Source: an uncultured archaeon (GTDB lineage: Archaea > Iainarchaeota > Iainarchaeia > Iainarchaeales > GCA-2688035). From it: a stretch of DNA of 64,000 nt. The notes beneath the pieces were generated by a model. It had not been told where the DNA came from and did not search any database. It was given only the letters and a program-made list of their open reading frames with translations. The translations under genes and the position numbers were made by a program. The DNA lies in the NCBI GenBank assembly GCA_964640195.1, contig CAZXIC010000001.1, positions 8,544 to 72,543 on the forward strand, in the 5' to 3' direction. Shown here in pieces: positions 52,324 through 61,126 of the stretch; position 1 is the first letter of the stretch, and every line of letters starts with the position of its first letter.

Positions 52324-53505
52324 TTACACGCCGCACTCTTTTTTAAGCAGTTCTGCCTTGTCTGTTTTCTCCCAGGGATGTAACTCGTCCTCGTGCCCGA
52401 AATGGCCGTAGTTGCAGATTTTCCTGAAGATTGGCTTCCGCAAGCCGAGCTGCTCTATCATTTCGCTCGGCTTGAGGGTGAAGTGCTTTTTTACTGCCTC
52501 GTAGACCTTTTTTGGCTCGCACTTGCACGTTCCATACATGTCGATGAAGAGGTTTATCGGCTCCCTGCTTCCGATTGCATAGGAAACCTGCACTTCTGCC
52601 CTGTCGGCAATGCCTGCCTTGACAATGTTTTTTGCTATGTATCTTATCATATAGGTTGCAGTCCTGTCCACTTTGCTTGGGTCTTTCCCGCTGAATGCAC
52701 CCCCGCCGTGGTTCCCTATGCCGCCATAGGTATCACATATAAGCTTTCTGCCGGTGAAACCTGTGTCCGCTACAGGGCCGCCTAAAACAAACCTGCCGGT
52801 ATTGTTGATGAAGTACTTTGTGTTTTCATCCAGCAGGTCGCCGCAGACAGGCTTTACCACATGCTCCTTTATGCCCTCCCTGAGCTCGTCCAGTTCTATG
52901 TCAGGATTATGCTGTGCTGCGATTACGACTGCCTCAATCCTCTTCGGCTTGTTGGCCTCGTATTCAACCGTAACCTGCGATTTGCCGTCAGGCCTCAGGT
53001 ATTTCAGCGTTCCCTTCCTCCTTGCCTCCGCAAGCTTCATTGTAAGCCAGTGGGCGTACATTATTGGTGCAGGCATTAGTTCAGCTGTTTCGTTTGTTGC
53101 GTAGCCAAACATCATTCCCTGGTCGCCCGCGCCCAACTGCCCCTGCTTTTCATCAACGCCGAGCGCGATGTCAGCACTCTGCTCGTGGATTGAGTTCAGG
53201 ATGCCGACACTTTGGTAATCAAAACCGTATTCAGGCTTGTCATAGCCAACATCCCTCAAAACATTCCTGACAATTTTCTGCACGTCAACATATGCCTTGG
53301 TTGTTATCTCGCCTGAAACAACAATGAAGCCAAGACCTGCCATAGTCTCACAGGCAACCCTTCCAGTAGGGTCGTCCTTGATTACGTCGTCAAGGATTGC
53401 GTCACTTATCTGGTCGCAGACCTTGTCAGGGTGGCCTTCAGTGACTGATTCGCTTGTAAAGAGGTATTTCCCATCGCCGCTTCTCATTTCAATCATCAAC
53501 TCCAA
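52324..53505 (-). CDS. metK: S-adenosylmethionine synthetase, bacterial/eukaryal MetK type
   Basis: 393 aa. Motifs: FTSESVTEGHPDKVCDQISDAILD, GAGDQGMMFGYA, GGPVADTGFTGRKLICDTYGG, GGGAFSGKDPSKVDR. Confidence 0.92.
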   Translation of the reverse strand: MELMIEMRSGDGKYLFTSESVTEGHPDKVCDQISDAILDDVIKDDPTGRVACETMAGLGFIVVSGEITTKAYVDVQKIVRNVLRDVGYDKPEYGFDYQSVGILNSIHEQSADIALGVDEKQGQLGAGDQGMMFGYATNETAELMPAPIMYAHWLTMKLAEARRKGTLKYLRPDGKSQVTVEYEANKPKRIEAVVIAAQHNPDIELDELREGIKEHVVKPVCGDLLDENTKYFINNTGRFVLGGPVADTGFTGRKLICDTYGGIGNHGGGAFSGKDPSKVDRTATYMIRYIAKNIVKAGIADRAEVQVSYAIGSREPINLFIDMYGTCKCEPKKVYEAVKKHFTLKPSEMIEQLGLRKPIFRKICNYGHFGHEDELHPWEKTDKAELLKKECGV

Positions 53506-53614
53506 AAAATTTGCTTGTTTTCTTTAGAAGAGTTATAAGCCAGTTATGTTTTTAATTAATTGCGGAATGACGCAATTATTCCAACTGGAATAAGATTAAA
53601 AATGCTTTCCTGCA

Positions 53615-54184
53615 ATGCCTGTTCTTATGCTGCCTGATTTGGCGGAAATAAAGCAGAGGAGGATTGCTGCCGGGCTGACGCAGAGCAGGCTTGCCAACCT
53701 CAGCAGTGTTTCGCAGAGCCTGATTGCAAAGATTGAGTCTGGCAACATTGAGCCAAGCTATGCCAAGGCAAAAAGGCTGTTTGACTGCCTGCAGCAACTG
53801 CATGCAAGGCAGGAAAAGCAGGCAAAAGACATTATGACAAGGGATGTTGTCGGCATTGACGCAAAAGAAAGCCTGCGCAGGGCAATAAGGGTTTTGGAAA
53901 AGCGCGGCTTCTCGCAGCTGCCTGTCCTTGCAAAAGGAAAGCCTATGGGCAGCATGACTGAGAAAAGCGTTCTGGCGAAGATAAACTCAAGCCCTGGCAT
54001 TGACATTGGAAAAGCGAAGGCAGATGACGCAATGGAGGAAGCCCTGCCGACAATACAGCCAAACACGCCTGAATCAGTTGTAAGGCAGCTGCTCAACTTC
54101 AATGCTGCAGTCCTGGTTGTGAAAAAGGGCAGGATTGCAGGCATAATAACAAAATCCGACCTGCTGAAGCAGATGATAAAATAG
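53615..54184 (+). CDS. XRE-type HTH plus CBS-pair regulator
   Basis: 189 aa. IKQRRIAAGLTQSRLANLSSVSQSLIAKIESGNIEPSYAKAKRLF, followed by two CBS motifs (IMTRDVVGI..., GIITKSDLL). Confidence 0.8.
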   Translation: MPVLMLPDLAEIKQRRIAAGLTQSRLANLSSVSQSLIAKIESGNIEPSYAKAKRLFDCLQQLHARQEKQAKDIMTRDVVGIDAKESLRRAIRVLEKRGFSQLPVLAKGKPMGSMTEKSVLAKINSSPGIDIGKAKADDAMEEALPTIQPNTPESVVRQLLNFNAAVLVVKKGRIAGIITKSDLLKQMIK

Positions 54185-54349
54185 GCTTCTCCAAAATTAA
54201 GATGACTTCTTAAACACAAGCCGCATTCTTGCACTTTTTAAACAAAGCCAACCGCAACGAAACCTTTTTATACAATCTCTGAGGCAAGTATATAAGGGAG
54301 TATAACAAAGCAAAGTGAATTAGTTAATACATAACGTTGCTACATAACT

Positions 54350-54940
54350 TTGCTTTTTGCGGTGGGGTTTCAATTGCTTAGGTGCCTTCTGGCTTTCGCA
54401 TTGTTCGCGCTGCTGCTCAGCTCAGGCACCAGCGCCCTTATTGTGGATGTTCCGGAAAACATCATAATAAAGGAAGGGCAGAAGCAGGTGCAAATCAGCA
54501 TATCAAACGACAGCGCAGAAGCAGGGCAGTACAGAGTTGAATTTCTCGGGCCTGTAGAAGCAGGAATAAGCCAGAGCAGCGGTGAAATTGCGGCATTCAA
54601 AACAAAGAAGGTTACGCTCTCGCTTGCTGCGGAGGAGCGGCTTGCAGGGCAGACATATGAAAGCACGCTTGTTGTTGAACTTGGCAGCGAAAGGGAAGTG
54701 AGGAAAATCAGGCTTTTTTTCAGGGGACAGGCAGCACAAGGTCAGGAAGTGCAGCAGGGGCAGCCAGGCTTTGATTTGCAATGGCTTTCATCAGGCTTTT
54801 TTCCCCTGTTCAATCCCAACAGCATGGGCAGCCTGCTTTCGTTTGAAAACATTCTCAACGCGCTTCTGGCGGTTGTTGCGGCAATCCTTCTGATTGCGTT
54901 TATCGCAAGGCTTGTAAAGAGGTTGGCGGTGAAAAGATGA
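54350..54940 (+). CDS. secreted, C-terminally anchored protein (hypothetical)
   Basis: 196 aa with a TTG start. Signal-like LLAFALFALLLSSGTSA, a single beta-sandwich-like region (QISISNDSAEAGQYRVEF), and a C-terminal helix LNALLAVVAAILLIAFIA. Confidence 0.5.
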   Translation: MLFAVGFQLLRCLLAFALFALLLSSGTSALIVDVPENIIIKEGQKQVQISISNDSAEAGQYRVEFLGPVEAGISQSSGEIAAFKTKKVTLSLAAEERLAGQTYESTLVVELGSEREVRKIRLFFRGQAAQGQEVQQGQPGFDLQWLSSGFFPLFNPNSMGSLLSFENILNALLAVVAAILLIAFIARLVKRLAVKR

Positions 54941-56841
54941 GGAAAGCAGTTTCAGTGTCGGCTTCAGCGCTTCTTTTCCTTTTGCTTTTCAGTGCAGCTT
55001 GTGCGGATATAGCGTTAATCCCAAGCAGCAGGCAGGTTAATGTAAGCAGGAACGACGTAATCGGCTTGCAGTTCCAGGTAAAGAACCTCGGTCCAGGTGA
55101 AACGTGCATTGACCTGGAAACAGAGCAGGACAATGCATACATTGAAACAAGCTTAAGCAAAGAGCACTTTTGCCTGGCTGAAAATAACGCAAGAACAGTT
55201 ACGCTTACAATCAGGACAGAGAACGCCCCAAGGGGGCTGCACACTGTGCTGCTGCTGGCCTGGGCAGATGACGGCAATGCAACAGCAACGGTTTCCCTTT
55301 ATGTTGCAGAAGAGCCTGAAATAGAACTGGTTGCATATAGGAGTGATGTTTGCAGCGGAAAGGAGGAACGAATAAGTGTCCTTGTAAGGAACAACAGCGA
55401 CGAGTTCAAGGAAGTCAGGCTGCAGGCAGAGAATGAGATGCTGCTGCCGTATTTCAAGCCAAGCGAACTCAGCCTTTCGCCCTACCAGGAAAAGTATGCC
55501 TGGCTGTACATTTACGCCTCGCCGTACAGTACAATCGGCAGCAGGGACATAAGCATGTATGCAATAACAGAGGACGAGATAGCAAAGGAAACTGTCAGGC
55601 TTGATGTAGTTGACTGCGAAGAGCCTGGGGAAGAGCCTGCATTCACTGTTTCGCTTGACAAAGGATGCTATATAGTAAGAAAGGGCAGGACTGAGGAAAT
55701 CCCCTTCAGGGTGAGGAACAGGCTTGACTCAGACTTAGAGGTTTATTTTTCTGTTGCAGGCGGCTTGAGCCCTAGGCTTGAGAAAAGGAGTGCGCTTCTG
55801 GACGAAGACGAGCAGAGAACCTTCTACATCACAGTGACTGTGCCTGCTGAGGCAGTGAGCAAAGACTACAACATTTCGCTCAAGGTCGGGGGCAATGGCT
55901 ACTCTGTTGAGAAACGCACCTGCGTTACGCCGAAGAAAACCCACTACAGCAGGCTTGAAATCCTGAACAACGACCTGAGAATAGAGCAGGGCGAAAGCGC
56001 TGAATTCATCGCTTTAATCAGGAACCTCGGCGACTACAACGAAAACTTTGAAGTGGAAGTGGAGAATCCCTACAGCAAAATAGATGCGAATGTTTCTTAC
56101 CCAGAATTCAGATTGATTGCGGGAAACTCAAGGGAGTTGTACATCAGCGTAAGCGTTGCACACGACGCAAACATCGGCGATTACCAACTTGGGCTGGAAG
56201 TTGATGTGAACAACTCAAAGCAAGGGAAAACTCTGCGCTTTGAAGTTGTGGAGGAAACCGCCGCACCTGAGCCCTCATCCAATACGCTTGAAATCTTATC
56301 CTATCCAAGCAGCATAAAGATTGACGAGAACAGTTCAACTGCCATAACCGTTACGCTGAAGAACAGCAGCCAGCAAGAAATAGAGGACGTTGTTGTAAAG
56401 CTGTCAGCGCTTCCAGCAGGCATTGATTCAACTTACCGCTCAAACCTCAGCCTGCTGCCCGGTGAGGAAAGGGGCATTGAGCTGCTTGTCAGCACTGCAT
56501 TTGGCAGTGGAGGGAGCTACAGTGCAAAAGTGGTTGCATTTAACCAGGCGGTTTTCCTGGAGGCGAATGTTGACATAATAGTTGCTGTCACAGAGCATGT
56601 GGAAGGGCAGGTGCAGGGCATTCCCACAGGCTTGTTTGCTGCAGCAGATTTGGGCAATACGTTGGCTTGGGGCTTGGCGTTGGCAGCGATTTTGCTCATT
56701 GCAGCAGCCGTCCTGCGCTACGCTTCTGGGTCAAAGCAGAAGCTTGAAACAGGCTTGGCTGAACTGGCGAAAGAAGTGCAGCAACTGCCAGGCAAAAAGC
56801 TGGAAGAGATTGGGAAAACAAGTGAAAAGCGTGAGCCGTAA
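54937..56841 (+). CDS. secreted multi-repeat CARDB/NEW3-like (COG1470-like) surface protein with a C-terminal TM anchor
   Basis: 634 aa. ATGA overlap with the upstream gene. Signal SALLFLLLFSAACA. At least 5 repeats of the pattern 'x-F-x-V-x-V-x-N-x-G/S' (LQFQVKNLGPGE, ISVLVRNNSDEF, IPFRVRNRLDSD, FIALIRNLGDYN, ITVTLKNSSQQE). Anchor LAWGLALAAILLIAAAVL. Confidence 0.6.
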   Translation: MRKAVSVSASALLFLLLFSAACADIALIPSSRQVNVSRNDVIGLQFQVKNLGPGETCIDLETEQDNAYIETSLSKEHFCLAENNARTVTLTIRTENAPRGLHTVLLLAWADDGNATATVSLYVAEEPEIELVAYRSDVCSGKEERISVLVRNNSDEFKEVRLQAENEMLLPYFKPSELSLSPYQEKYAWLYIYASPYSTIGSRDISMYAITEDEIAKETVRLDVVDCEEPGEEPAFTVSLDKGCYIVRKGRTEEIPFRVRNRLDSDLEVYFSVAGGLSPRLEKRSALLDEDEQRTFYITVTVPAEAVSKDYNISLKVGGNGYSVEKRTCVTPKKTHYSRLEILNNDLRIEQGESAEFIALIRNLGDYNENFEVEVENPYSKIDANVSYPEFRLIAGNSRELYISVSVAHDANIGDYQLGLEVDVNNSKQGKTLRFEVVEETAAPEPSSNTLEILSYPSSIKIDENSSTAITVTLKNSSQQEIEDVVVKLSALPAGIDSTYRSNLSLLPGEERGIELLVSTAFGSGGSYSAKVVAFNQAVFLEANVDIIVAVTEHVEGQVQGIPTGLFAAADLGNTLAWGLALAAILLIAAAVLRYASGSKQKLETGLAELAKEVQQLPGKKLEEIGKTSEKREP

Positions 56842-56858
56842 AACAGGCTGCCTGGAAA

Positions 56859-57086
56859 TCACTTGCCCTTGAAAATGCCGTCAACGAATTTTTTGTCAAC
56901 GCAGGCAAGGCACTGCGCGATAGTGACGCACTGTTCGCAATCCTTGTCGGCAGTGGAAATTGTTTTCGGGGTTAGTTTGCTCCAATCAGGAGACAAGCCA
57001 CCGATGCTTACTTCATAGGTGTAGAGGGCATAAGCTGAACCTAAAACCAGCAAAATGAATGCCAATACAAAAAACATTTTATTCAT
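56859..57086 (-). CDS. 75-aa secreted Cys-motif protein (hypothetical)
   Basis: Signal MNKMFFVLAFILLVLGSAYA. The C-terminal part has CEQC...CLAC (two CxxC motifs). Confidence 0.45.
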   Translation of the reverse strand: MNKMFFVLAFILLVLGSAYALYTYEVSIGGLSPDWSKLTPKTISTADKDCEQCVTIAQCLACVDKKFVDGIFKGK

Positions 57087-57094
57087 TCTCTCAC

Positions 57095-58597
57095 CTACTG
57101 CTTGAATTGTTCCTCCGTGGGCGTGAAATCGGTTATATTCATTGGATTATAATCCGGCAACTCTATGTACAAAGTATAGGCTTTGCCTGCCATCAAGCTG
57201 TCTACCTTCACAGTGTCAGTGGCGTTGACCTTTGTTATTGCCACGCTAGCTACGCCACCTAATTTCTCCTTGACCTTCAAGCTTGACACTACGGTATCAA
57301 AGCTGTAAGAGTGCTTATCAGCCTTTGCCTTGTCGTAAAGCTGCTGCAGATTGCTGAACTTGAAGCCAACCGCCCCCTTAACACCCACCTGAGTGCCCGG
57401 CTGCTGTTGGCTTGGCTGCTGGGGCTGCACTGGCGCGCTTGACTCGCTGAAGGTAACCCTCAACACATTGGAAACATTTGAGTTTACCGGGAACTGGTAT
57501 GTTGTGTGTGGGTTTGGAACGTATTTGCCGTCTTTTGGCGTTATTGTAATTTTGTAGTTGCCGGCAGGCAAGCCTGTTTTTGTTGCGCCTTCAGCCGGAA
57601 CATCCATTGTTTCAACCTTATTCGGGTTTGTTAGTATATTGTAGGCTGCTGTTCCAGCTATTCCTTCACCTTTCTCTGAAACCAGTTCTATTTTTAGGGA
57701 CCCTGTCCCAGTGCCCTGGGCGGTGGTAGGATTTTTCTGCAAAGTTATATTCTTCTGCAAGTCTTTATCTATCGCCACAATTACGTCTTCTGCCCAGTCC
57801 AAGTATGCGCTGCCTTGCTTTGCTATCGCAGCCAGCTTGTACGTTACCCCTGCTTCAACAGGGCTTATTTCAAAATTGCCGGCATTGATGCTGGCATAAG
57901 TGCTAGTGCCGGATAGCCCTTTGATGTAAATGCTCGCAACTTCGCTTGGCGGCGATATTGTACCAAAAATCTTTCTTCTAATCGTCAGCTCGCCGACCTC
58001 AAACAAGCCTATGCACGGCCAGGGCTCAACCTTGCCCCTCCAGCCATCGCACGCATCCTTGAATTTCTTTTCTAAAGCAGCGCTGGCTTTTATCCCACCA
58101 ATATGGTTAACGCCGGGGTCATTTACTGAGAAGGTAAGAATAATGCCTTTTGCATTGGTTGGCACTGGGAAGGTATAACCTCCTAGCGTGGCTTTGTTCC
58201 AGCCCCACTCACGGTTAAATAATACTTTGTATTGGTGGAACCCGCTTACATCTTCCACCTTATAGTCGTGAATTTCAGTTCCCTTATATCCAAATCCATG
58301 TGCGGAGTAATTGCTCTTGAAGACTTTCTTCCCCCAGCTGGATGGGAAAGAGCCGTATAGATAAAGCTCAGAACTAGTGGTTAATCCAGTACTGCTTATA
58401 GCGCCACCAATTAAATCCTTAACTTTTTCACTCCTTATATAATCATCTGCCTGCCAATAAGTGCAGAACTCTATTTCACAGTCGCATTCGGTTGCCGTAA
58501 CGCATGGCGCTGGCGTGAAAGCCGATGTGTTGCATGCCAGAAGCAAAAGCGGCAGCAAAACCAAAAGGATTTTCAAATTCATGTTTCCGCCCCGCAA
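57095..58597 (-). CDS. 500-aa secreted or lipoprotein-like protein with C-terminal Ig/CarboxypepD_reg-like repeats (hypothetical)
   Basis: Signal MNLKILLVLLPLLLLAC. Cys-rich N-terminal stretch (PCVTATECDCEIEFC). Repeated beta-sandwich-like segments (AGVTYKLAAIAK, AGNYKITITPKDG, AGKAYTLYIELPD). Confidence 0.55.
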   Translation of the reverse strand: MRGGNMNLKILLVLLPLLLLACNTSAFTPAPCVTATECDCEIEFCTYWQADDYIRSEKVKDLIGGAISSTGLTTSSELYLYGSFPSSWGKKVFKSNYSAHGFGYKGTEIHDYKVEDVSGFHQYKVLFNREWGWNKATLGGYTFPVPTNAKGIILTFSVNDPGVNHIGGIKASAALEKKFKDACDGWRGKVEPWPCIGLFEVGELTIRRKIFGTISPPSEVASIYIKGLSGTSTYASINAGNFEISPVEAGVTYKLAAIAKQGSAYLDWAEDVIVAIDKDLQKNITLQKNPTTAQGTGTGSLKIELVSEKGEGIAGTAAYNILTNPNKVETMDVPAEGATKTGLPAGNYKITITPKDGKYVPNPHTTYQFPVNSNVSNVLRVTFSESSAPVQPQQPSQQQPGTQVGVKGAVGFKFSNLQQLYDKAKADKHSYSFDTVVSSLKVKEKLGGVASVAITKVNATDTVKVDSLMAGKAYTLYIELPDYNPMNITDFTPTEEQFKQ

Positions 58598-59214
58598 AAC
58601 TCTGCAATATCAGCGACATTTTGCTGGACATCCACCTTTGCCTGGTTCAGCCCACTTTCATCGAATGCCGAGGCAGTGAGGTTCGCCTTGCTTGACTCTG
58701 AAGGGTATTTTTGCTTGAAGTCAGCTATCTTTCCTGACAGTTCAATTGAATGGTCGATGTAATCAATTACCTTGTCCTTGTCCGAGTTTATCTTGCTGAG
58801 TTGTGTGCACAACTCGCTGCCTTCAATGGGTTGCATTGCATCAAGAGAAGCAGACATTGACTGGTATTCGGCAAGAAGCACTGCTGAATCCAGATAGATG
58901 CCTGTTAATGATTCAAGTGCAGGATTCTTGCCGGTAATTTCTGCCTCGTAATCTGCCAGTCTTGCCTCAAGAGAAGCAACTTGGCCAGCAGTCATCAAGT
59001 CAACAAATTCAAGATCGTCAAGACTCATGTAAGATTCGCTTAACCCAACGCCCGTCCAGATATCTTTTATTTGTTCACACCCAGAATCAAAAGAAACCCC
59101 CCCAGGCAGTTGCTGGGGCGGCACGTAAAGGTAGTTGTAGGCAGCGGCTGCCGCCGCTACAATCACCAACAATGCCGCCAGGTTTCTCCACCTTGGGTCC
59201 ATCCAAAGCACCAA
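58579..59214 (-). CDS. N-terminally anchored helical protein (hypothetical)
   Basis: 211 aa. TM helix NLAALLVIVAAAAAAYNYL. The rest is predicted helical and acidic. Overlaps the downstream gene by 19 nt. Confidence 0.5.
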   Translation of the reverse strand: MVLWMDPRWRNLAALLVIVAAAAAAYNYLYVPPQQLPGGVSFDSGCEQIKDIWTGVGLSESYMSLDDLEFVDLMTAGQVASLEARLADYEAEITGKNPALESLTGIYLDSAVLLAEYQSMSASLDAMQPIEGSELCTQLSKINSDKDKVIDYIDHSIELSGKIADFKQKYPSESSKANLTASAFDESGLNQAKVDVQQNVADIAEFCGAET

Positions 59215-59383
59215 TGCAAATTAACTTTAAAACCCTAATAAATTACTGTGCTATTAGTTATATTAATACTTTCTGGTTTTTAATGATTTCCTCCAATCTA
59301 GCCGGCTTTGGGTTGGCAGGGGCAAATAGGCAATCGCCGAAAACCCGCGAAGCTTTTTAACGCCCTGACTGCAACAATGCACT

Positions 59384-59800
59384 ATGAAGAAGTTTTATGT
59401 TGATACCAGTGTCTGGTTGGATTTTGCTTTAGGCAGGAGTGACGGCGTGAGACCGCTTGGAGAGTTGGCATTCCAGTTTTTCAAAAAATGCATCAGGGAA
59501 AGATGGCTGGTTCTTTATTCCGATGTTACTATTGTAGAGTTGTGCAAGTGCATAAAGCCGCTTGAAGTGGAAGAGAAGTGTTTCAGAGTAATGCTTGATG
59601 CGAACCTTTTGTCAAAAGCCAGTCTGTCCAAAGAAGAACCGGCTGAAGCTGAAAATATCTCCAAAAGATACAAAGTGCCATTTGCAGACGCTTTGCACGC
59701 CGTGATTGCAAGAGACAACAGCGCTACAATTGTTTCAAGAGACGCACATTTCGACCGGCTTTCAGATATCGTCAGCGTTGTTTTTCCTGAGGATACATGA
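59384..59800 (+). CDS. PIN-domain (VapC-like) nuclease
   Basis: 138 aa. Acidic-residue positions FYVDTSVW, IVELCK, FADALHAVIA, VSRDAHF. Confidence 0.8.
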   Translation: MKKFYVDTSVWLDFALGRSDGVRPLGELAFQFFKKCIRERWLVLYSDVTIVELCKCIKPLEVEEKCFRVMLDANLLSKASLSKEEPAEAENISKRYKVPFADALHAVIARDNSATIVSRDAHFDRLSDIVSVVFPEDT

Positions 59801-60059
59801 GCTTTGCCACAACCTCTCGTGCGGCTTCTTCCCGTATCCTTTCATATTCTTCTGGTGTAGGCTCTTTAATGCCAAGTCTTTTTGCAAACCCTTTGTTTCT
59901 CGCCAACTCTGCAATCGCTTTTTCCGTGCGCAGCTTCTGGTGCAGTTCCCTGATAGCCTGCCTGAAATACTCGGTTTTCGTGCTGTAGTTGAACTCCTTC
60001 AAATCGCTTTTGACGAGGCGTTCGATCCGCTCGCCCAGCCTCAAACTAACAATGCCCAT
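59772..60059 (-). CDS. ribbon-helix-helix (CopG-like) protein, candidate antitoxin/regulator
   Basis: Track ORF 59772..60068; the likely start is MGIVSLRLGERIERLVKSDLKEFNYSTKTEYFRQAIRELHQ (beta-strand plus two helices). The 3' end overlaps the PIN gene 3' end by 29 nt on the opposite strand. Confidence 0.6.
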   Translation of the reverse strand: MGIVSLRLGERIERLVKSDLKEFNYSTKTEYFRQAIRELHQKLRTEKAIAELARNKGFAKRLGIKEPTPEEYERIREEAAREVVAKLMYPQEKQR

Positions 60060-60167
60060 GTAATACAAAGTAATACAAAGCCAATAAAAATCTTGCGGTT
60101 GACCCTAACACTTCTTTTTTAATGATTTATTTGGCCATATCTTGTTGCATAGGGCAGGTAGTGAAAC

Positions 60168-61106
60168 ATGGCTGAAGGGAAAGCAATTGACGTTGCGGTT
60201 GTAGGCAGCGGGCCGGCAGGCATTACCGCTGCACTGTACGCAAAAAGAAAGGCTTTGAATGTCCGCATTTTTGAGGCAGAGGCAGTTGGAGGACAGACAG
60301 CGGAAGCAATCTGGGTTGAGAACTATCCAGGCGTTACAAGGCTTGAGGGGACAAAGCTGATGCACAGGATGGCAGAGCACCTCCTGGAATTCGGGGTTGA
60401 AGTGGAAGAGGCAGCAGAGGTAACAGGCATAAAAAAAATCGCATCTGAAAAATGGTTTGAACTGGAGATAAACAAAGGCGAGGAGAAGGTTGGTGCAAGG
60501 GCTGTGATTCTTTGCCCTGGCAGCAAGTACAAAACATTGGGGATAGCAGGTGAAAAGGAATTGTACGGAAAAGGCGTGAGCTACTGTGCAACCTGCGACG
60601 GCCCCTTCTACAAGGACAAGGTGGTTGCAGTCATAGGAGCGGGCAACAGCGGGGCGAATGCAGCCCTGTTTTTCGCTGGGATATGCAGGAAAACCTATCT
60701 GGTTGAGTTTCTGCCTAAGCCAAACTATGACGCTGTTTACGAAGAGCCGCTTCGTAAGTCAGGCGTGCAAATTCTGCTGAACACGCAGCTGCTTGAAATA
60801 TCAGGCAGCGAAAGCGTTGAGGGGATTAAAGTGAAGGAGAGGGGCAGCGGCATGGAAAAGGAAATAGATGTTGACGCAGTGTTCATTTACGTTGGCCTGC
60901 AGCCCAGAAACTGGCTGGCGAAAAAGCTCGGGCTGCAAATTGACAAAAATGGCTACATCGTAACCGACGGGAACAAAATGACCTCAGTGCAGGGAGTGTT
61001 TGCTGCAGGCGACATTACAGGGGAACTGCCCCAGACAGTTGTTGCAGCCGGTTCAGGGGCGGTTGCTGCAACAGCAGCGTTCGATTACCTGAAGAAAGGG
61101 AAGTAA
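60168..61106 (+). CDS. trxB: thioredoxin-disulfide reductase
   Basis: 312 aa. VAVVGSGPAGITAALYA, redox-active CATCDG, second Rossmann VIGAGNSGANAA, GVFAAGD. Confidence 0.9.
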   Translation: MAEGKAIDVAVVGSGPAGITAALYAKRKALNVRIFEAEAVGGQTAEAIWVENYPGVTRLEGTKLMHRMAEHLLEFGVEVEEAAEVTGIKKIASEKWFELEINKGEEKVGARAVILCPGSKYKTLGIAGEKELYGKGVSYCATCDGPFYKDKVVAVIGAGNSGANAALFFAGICRKTYLVEFLPKPNYDAVYEEPLRKSGVQILLNTQLLEISGSESVEGIKVKERGSGMEKEIDVDAVFIYVGLQPRNWLAKKLGLQIDKNGYIVTDGNKMTSVQGVFAAGDITGELPQTVVAAGSGAVAATAAFDYLKKGK

Positions 61107-61126
61107 AGGCATTCCGGTGGGAAAAA

